DNA from: Actinomycetota bacterium
GTDB taxonomy: Bacteria > Actinomycetota > Thermoleophilia > Miltoncostaeales > Miltoncostaeaceae
Assembly (NCBI GenBank): GCA_031376485.1
Contig: JANMDV010000057.1
Coordinates: forward strand, 14,092-78,091
DNA length: 64,000 bases
Reading direction: 5' to 3'
The notes beneath the pieces were generated by a model, which saw nothing but the letters and a program-made list of their open reading frames with translations, made no database searches and was not told where the DNA came from. A program made the position numbers and the translations under genes. Shown here piece after piece: positions 59,545 to 64,000 of this stretch (positions within the stretch are counted from its first letter, which is position 1; the number at the start of each line of letters is the position of its first letter).

Positions 59545-60357
59545 GTGGAGAAGGAGATCACCCTTGGCGACTACGGGCGCGTGCTGTGGAGCGGCCGGTG
59601 GGTGGTGCTCATCGCGGCCGTGGGCGCCGCACTCGTCGGACTCGTCGTCAGCCTCGCACGCGAGACCACGTACACGTCGTCCAGCATCGTCTACATGGGC
59701 CTGGTGACGACGGCGCGGACGGGCGTGCCGGTCTCGACGCCGTTCACGACCCCGGCCACCGCGCAGAAGGCTTTGGCCGCCGACCGGTTCGTGCAGGCCA
59801 CCGCCGACAGCGCGGACGTGGACTTCGATCGTGTCAAGGACGGCATCGCGTTCGTCGTCGAACGGGTGCCCGGTGCCGTCGGCGGCAACCAACCGACGGT
59901 GGCCACCATCCGGTACACGGATCGAGACCGCCCGACGGCCATCAGGGTCACGAACGCCTATGCGAAGAGCGTGTTCACCGTCGTTCAGGGCTTCTACCAA
60001 GGCGTGCTCGACGTCGAGCAGCAGATCGTCGACCGCAGCAACGCCCGGATGGCGGTCATCGAGAAGTCGCTCGATACCGTGCGGGCACAGAACCCCGCGG
60101 TGTCGACTTCGCTCGTCTCGCTGCAACAGGAACTCGCGACGCTCCAGCAGCGCGCGGACGAAGCCATCCTGCTCCTGGCGAAGACCAAGCAGATCGAGCA
60201 GCCCTACGTCATCTCCGAGGCCACGTCCGCGGCCTCGTCGGCGCGACCCGGGCAGCGGTTGCGCACGATCGTGTTCGGGACGGTGCTCGGTCTGATCCTG
60301 GGCGCGATCGTGACGTTCATCTGGCGCGGCAGCCCGGCGGGCCGTGCGTCTGCGTAG
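59545..60357 (+). CDS. Wzz-like polysaccharide chain-length determinant (PCP) without kinase domain
   Basis: Track ORF 59545..60357. An N-terminal TMS, a coiled-coil periplasmic region (LQQELATLQQRADEA) and a C-terminal TMS. Confidence 0.6.
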   Translation: MEKEITLGDYGRVLWSGRWVVLIAAVGAALVGLVVSLARETTYTSSSIVYMGLVTTARTGVPVSTPFTTPATAQKALAADRFVQATADSADVDFDRVKDGIAFVVERVPGAVGGNQPTVATIRYTDRDRPTAIRVTNAYAKSVFTVVQGFYQGVLDVEQQIVDRSNARMAVIEKSLDTVRAQNPAVSTSLVSLQQELATLQQRADEAILLLAKTKQIEQPYVISEATSAASSARPGQRLRTIVFGTVLGLILGAIVTFIWRGSPAGRASA

Positions 60358-61756
60358 CCGCCACCTGGCACTCCTGGCAGTCGCCGGGCTCACCGCCGGG
60401 TGCGGCGGGGACGGCCCCACGCCGTCGACGACCAGTGCTGCCCCGACGCCCCCGGGGATCACGGTCAACGTCATCGACGGCGACACGCGGGCGCCGTTGA
60501 CGGGCGCGACGGTGCGCGCGATCGACGAGCAATCGGGACAGCCCACCGCCGAGGTGGTCACCGACGGCAACGGCAACGCGACGATCCCGGCGGGCACGTC
60601 CTTGGCACAAGCGATCAGTCCAAAGTACGGATCCGACGCACGCAGCATCCCATCCGACAAGACGACCGTCACGATCCCGCTCTACGATCCCGCCCTGCAG
60701 AGTCCCGAGTACGGCGGCGGGAGCGAGCGGACCAGGGACGTGCCCGCCGTGCAGCTTCCGCCGCCGGCAGGCAAGCCGACCTGGGACTGGACGGGGAGGG
60801 CCCTGATCGAGTTCCCACCCGCGGTCGCCCGCGGTGTCGTCGCGCTGACCACCAACACCGGTCGCGTACTGGTGTTCAATGCCCGTACCGGCGTCATCAT
60901 CTGGACCAAACGCCAGAGCACCACGACGCCCATCGCCTCGTCCCCCGCGATCCTGCCGACCGAGGGCATGGTCCTGGTCTCGGGGATGGACGGCCGGCTG
61001 GTGGCCTACGGCCTGGCCAACCCCGGACGCGAACTGTGGACGTTCTCGACCGGCCGCAGCAAGATCGAGTCGTCCCCGCTGGTCAGCGAGGGAACCGCCT
61101 ACGTCGGCGCCCACAACGGCCGACTCTACGCCGTCGCGACCGACAGCGGCAAGGCCCGATGGACGTTCCAGGCGGCCGGCGACATCAAGGGCAGCGTCGC
61201 CAAGTCCGGTGACACGATCGTGTTCGGCGACTACTCCGGCACGATCTACGGGGTCTCGACGGCCGGGCAGGAACTCTGGCGTACCAAAGTCGGCAAACGC
61301 CTGTATGGCGGACCCGGGATCTCGGGCAACACCGTCGTCATCGGTGATGTCGGGGGGGCGGTCATCGCCGTCGACCTTCGGACCGGACGCAGGCGCTGGA
61401 GTCATCGCACGGCGGGTGCGGCCAGCGTCTACTCAAGCCCGGCGATCGCCAAGGGGACCGTGTTCATCGGTTCGTACAACGGCCGGTTCGAGGCGCTGCG
61501 CCTGACGGACGGGAGCGTTCGCTGGTCATATGACGTCGGCGGGCGGATCTCGGGGTCGGCGACCGTCGTCGGCAGAACGGTGTACACGTCGGTGCTCGCG
61601 CGCAAAGGTGAGCCTGACCGGACGTTCGGGCTGGACATCGCGAACGGAAAGGTGCGCTGGCAGAACGACGACGGCCGCTACTCCCCCGCGGTCGGCGCCG
61701 GGCGCACGCTGTACATCGTGGGAAAGAACACGTTGTATGCGTACAGGACGGAGTAA
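60344..61756 (+). CDS. lipoprotein-like protein with carboxypeptidase-regulatory-like domain and PQQ-like beta-propeller repeats
   Basis: Track ORF 60344..61756. Signal sequence LLAVAGLTAGCGG. ITVNVIDGDTRAPLTGATV..DGNGNATI. Repeated G.lyA.d..tG...W propeller blades. Confidence 0.7.
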   Translation: MRLRSRHLALLAVAGLTAGCGGDGPTPSTTSAAPTPPGITVNVIDGDTRAPLTGATVRAIDEQSGQPTAEVVTDGNGNATIPAGTSLAQAISPKYGSDARSIPSDKTTVTIPLYDPALQSPEYGGGSERTRDVPAVQLPPPAGKPTWDWTGRALIEFPPAVARGVVALTTNTGRVLVFNARTGVIIWTKRQSTTTPIASSPAILPTEGMVLVSGMDGRLVAYGLANPGRELWTFSTGRSKIESSPLVSEGTAYVGAHNGRLYAVATDSGKARWTFQAAGDIKGSVAKSGDTIVFGDYSGTIYGVSTAGQELWRTKVGKRLYGGPGISGNTVVIGDVGGAVIAVDLRTGRRRWSHRTAGAASVYSSPAIAKGTVFIGSYNGRFEALRLTDGSVRWSYDVGGRISGSATVVGRTVYTSVLARKGEPDRTFGLDIANGKVRWQNDDGRYSPAVGAGRTLYIVGKNTLYAYRTE

Positions 61757-62969
61757 GCGCCGGATCGCGTTGATCTCCGCCGGCCTCGCGCTGGTGTTGG
61801 CTGCCGGCGCGGGCGCGTACCTGGTGACCCGCAATGACGCCGGCAACGTGGAGGGCAGCACCGAGGGGTTCGTCGCGACGGAGAAGGGACCGCAGATCCC
61901 GGTGCCCGCGGGCACCTGGCCCGAGTACGGGTTCGACGCGCAACGGACACGGGCCAACGAGGCACTGGCGTTGGAGCCGCCGTTTACCGAACGGTGGCGC
62001 TACGACGCGGCCTCGCTTCTGGAGTTCCCACCCGTCGTCGGGGACGGCCGGGCGATCTTCGGCACCAACGACGGTCGTGCAGTCGCGGTCGACACCACCA
62101 ACGGGCGTGAGTTGTGGTCGACCAAGTTGAGCGGCCAGTTGGCGTCGTCACCGGCGTTGACACGGGATCTCGCCCTCTTCGCGACGACACGCGGTCGCCT
62201 GGTCGCGCTCGGCGTGGACGACGGCAAGCGCCGCTGGAACGTCCGTGCCGGCTCATCGAGCGAATCCTCGCCCCTGGTGATCGGTGACGGCGCGTACATC
62301 GGCACGCTGGACGCCACGGTGGTCCGGGTCGACATCGGCACCGGCAAGATCGTCTGGAAGGTGCGCGCACCGGGCGAGATCAAGGCGAGCCTCGCCGCCG
62401 CGGGACCGAACGTGGTGGTCGGTGACTACGCGGGACGCATCACGGCGTTCGCCCAGCGCGACGGCGCAGTGGCATGGCGCACGACGAGCCCGGCGCCGCG
62501 ATTTCGCGGCCCGGGACGGTTCTACGCCGGGCCGGCGGTCGCATACGGCCGCGTCTACCTGGGCAACATCAACAACCGGATCGTGGCCCTGCAGGCGAAC
62601 ACCGGCAAGCGCGCCTGGGTCCGGATGCTGGGGGACTTCGTCTACTCGAGTGCCGCGGTCAGCCGCCAAACCGTCTTCGTCGGAAGCTACGACCACAAGC
62701 TGTACGCGCTCGACGCGGTGACCGGCACCGTGCGATGGACGTTCGACGCCGGAGAGCGCGTCTCCGGGTCACCATCGGTCATCGGCCGCCTCGTTTACGT
62801 GTCAACCCTCGCTCGCGGCGGCCGCAACGGGACCACATTCGCGGTCGACGCCACGACCGGCAAGTCGGTCTGGTCGTTTCCCGATGGTCGCTACAGCCCG
62901 GCCGTCGGCGTCGACGGCCTGCTGCTCCTGACCGGCCGCCAGGTGTTGTACGGGCTCACCCCGGCGTGA
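61737..62969 (+). CDS. membrane-anchored PQQ-like beta-propeller repeat protein
   Basis: Part of track ORF 61530..62969. The ATG 61737 start gives MRTGRSKRRIALISAGLALVLAAGAG. Repeated blades (GRAVAVDTTNGRELW, GRLVALGVDDGKRRW, ...). 20-nt overlap with the upstream gene. Confidence 0.7.
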   Translation: MRTGRSKRRIALISAGLALVLAAGAGAYLVTRNDAGNVEGSTEGFVATEKGPQIPVPAGTWPEYGFDAQRTRANEALALEPPFTERWRYDAASLLEFPPVVGDGRAIFGTNDGRAVAVDTTNGRELWSTKLSGQLASSPALTRDLALFATTRGRLVALGVDDGKRRWNVRAGSSSESSPLVIGDGAYIGTLDATVVRVDIGTGKIVWKVRAPGEIKASLAAAGPNVVVGDYAGRITAFAQRDGAVAWRTTSPAPRFRGPGRFYAGPAVAYGRVYLGNINNRIVALQANTGKRAWVRMLGDFVYSSAAVSRQTVFVGSYDHKLYALDAVTGTVRWTFDAGERVSGSPSVIGRLVYVSTLARGGRNGTTFAVDATTGKSVWSFPDGRYSPAVGVDGLLLLTGRQVLYGLTPA

Positions 62970-64000
62970 ACGCGCAAGCCATCGCGCGGGCTGCCGGAAT
63001 CGTCGCCCTGTTCGGGGTGCTCTCGCGGGTCCTGGGGTTCGTGCGCGAGGCCGTGCTGTCGCGCACGTTCGGCACCCGCGGCCAGGGCGGAGCACAGGCC
63101 GATGTGTTCGCCAACTCACTGTTTCTGGTCAACACGGTCGCGGCGCTCTTGCTCTACACCCTCGTGACGCTGATCATCCCTGCGTTCGAGCAGGAGCGAC
63201 AGGAACGCGACGAGGCCTCCGCCTGGAGCCTGTTGTGGACGGTCGGCGCATGGGTCGTCGTGGGGCTCTGCGCGCTTGGCACGCTCGCCGCCGTCTGGCC
63301 GCAGGCCCCGACCGCCCTGTTCGGCTTGGACGACGCGCGGGCCGACCTGATGGAGCACCTGGTGCGCATCATGTCCGCAGGGCTCGCGCTGCAGGGGGTC
63401 TCGGCGCTTCTGACCGCCGTCCTGCAGTCCCAACGTCGGTTCGCAGGACCCGCCGCCGTCGGCGTCGCGTTCAACCTGGGCGTGATCCTGGGACTTCTGA
63501 TCGGCGGGCGCAGCGTCGAGGCCGCGGCGTGGGGGATGGTCGCGGGTGCCGGAGCGCAGGTGCTCTTTCAGCTTCCGCAGCTCATCGGAGTGCTTCGCAC
63601 CGCCCCCGGTCGCCCGTCGTGGAGCCATCCCCGGTTGCGGTCGTTCAGCACCCTCGCGGTTCCCGTCCTCGCAGCGTCACTGTCGCAGCAGATCAACGGG
63701 TTCACCGACAAGTTGTTTGCCAACTCGCTGGAGTACGGCCGCACGGCTGCGCTCAACTACGCCAGTGCGGCCGGTTCCGCCCCGAGGACGATCCTGCTGA
63801 TGCCGCTGCTCGCGCCGATCTTCCCCGTCATCTCGCGGATGCTGGCCGAGGGCCGGCGGCGCGAGACTGCGGTCGCGTTCAACCGCGCGGCCGGTGTGCT
63901 GGGGCTCGTTTCGGTGCCGATGGGGGCGTTTCTGATGATCTACCCGTCGGAGGTCGCGCGGATCTTGTTTGGCGGGTCCAAGTGCGACGCCGCCTGCGTG
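62966..64000 (+). CDS. murJ: MurJ/MviN-family (MOP superfamily) lipid-linked glycan flippase, 3' end outside window
   Basis: The open frame runs to the window end and is not in the track. The GTG 62966 start overlaps the upstream TGA. N-terminus AARAAGIVALFGVLSRVLGFVREAVLSRTFG, polytopic. Confidence 0.8.
   Translation, partial: MNAQAIARAAGIVALFGVLSRVLGFVREAVLSRTFGTRGQGGAQADVFANSLFLVNTVAALLLYTLVTLIIPAFEQERQERDEASAWSLLWTVGAWVVVGLCALGTLAAVWPQAPTALFGLDDARADLMEHLVRIMSAGLALQGVSALLTAVLQSQRRFAGPAAVGVAFNLGVILGLLIGGRSVEAAAWGMVAGAGAQVLFQLPQLIGVLRTAPGRPSWSHPRLRSFSTLAVPVLAASLSQQINGFTDKLFANSLEYGRTAALNYASAAGSAPRTILLMPLLAPIFPVISRMLAEGRRRETAVAFNRAAGVLGLVSVPMGAFLMIYPSEVARILFGGSKCDAACV

Noticed and set aside
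1-64000. Prophage, integrative element, toxin-antitoxin, retron, DGR or known defence-system genes.
   Set aside because: No integrase, transposase, reverse transcriptase, nuclease-helicase pair or other hallmark was recognisable. The SARP-STAND protein has a DNA-binding BTAD N-terminus typical of regulators, not an Avs-like effector.

Overview
High-GC (about 70%) chromosomal segment, probably from an actinobacterium: it has AhpE-type peroxiredoxin, dodecin, LLM/F420-type oxidoreductases, a SARP regulator, and dense ATGA/GTGA gene overlaps. All calls come from reading motifs by eye; no searches were run. About 65 CDS are supported. No rRNA, tRNA, CRISPR, transposase, integrase or recognisable defence genes were seen.

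Gene content, left to right:
- 2-oxoacid dehydrogenase E1-beta/E2 and lipB
- a small stress set: AhpE-like peroxiredoxin, an unannotated 46-aa metallothionein-like ORF, dodecin
- an NTF2-like / CoA-transferase / nitrilase operon
- a SARP-STAND regulator
- a five-gene coupled operon ending in rlmN
- a trxB-trxA-fmdB operon ending in a CsoR-family gene
- a class A PBP
- envelope glycosylation genes: UPF0104, DUF2079, GT2, L,D-transpeptidase
- moeA, and a coupled otsA-moaC-mog unit
- from about 44.7 kb to the window end, a surface-polysaccharide cluster: two Wzy/O-antigen-ligase-like proteins, four GT4, a priming sugar transferase, ATP-grasp, Wzz-like, two beta-propeller proteins, MurJ-like. A convergent GGDEF/HD-GYP c-di-GMP enzyme interrupts it.

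The main structure not explained by genes is a family of about 160-nt rod-like palindromic intergenic repeats. There are 10 copies or fragments, six of them in the first 8 kb. They usually abut stop codons, and one copy shows compensatory base-pair changes.

Other leads:
- a CsoR-type operator in front of the thioredoxin operon, whose CsoR-like protein lacks the Cu(I)-ligand His
- an 82-bp near-perfect tandem repeat upstream of otsA
- a 23-bp divergent promoter that implies two leaderless mRNAs
- a probable CTG-initiated secreted protein
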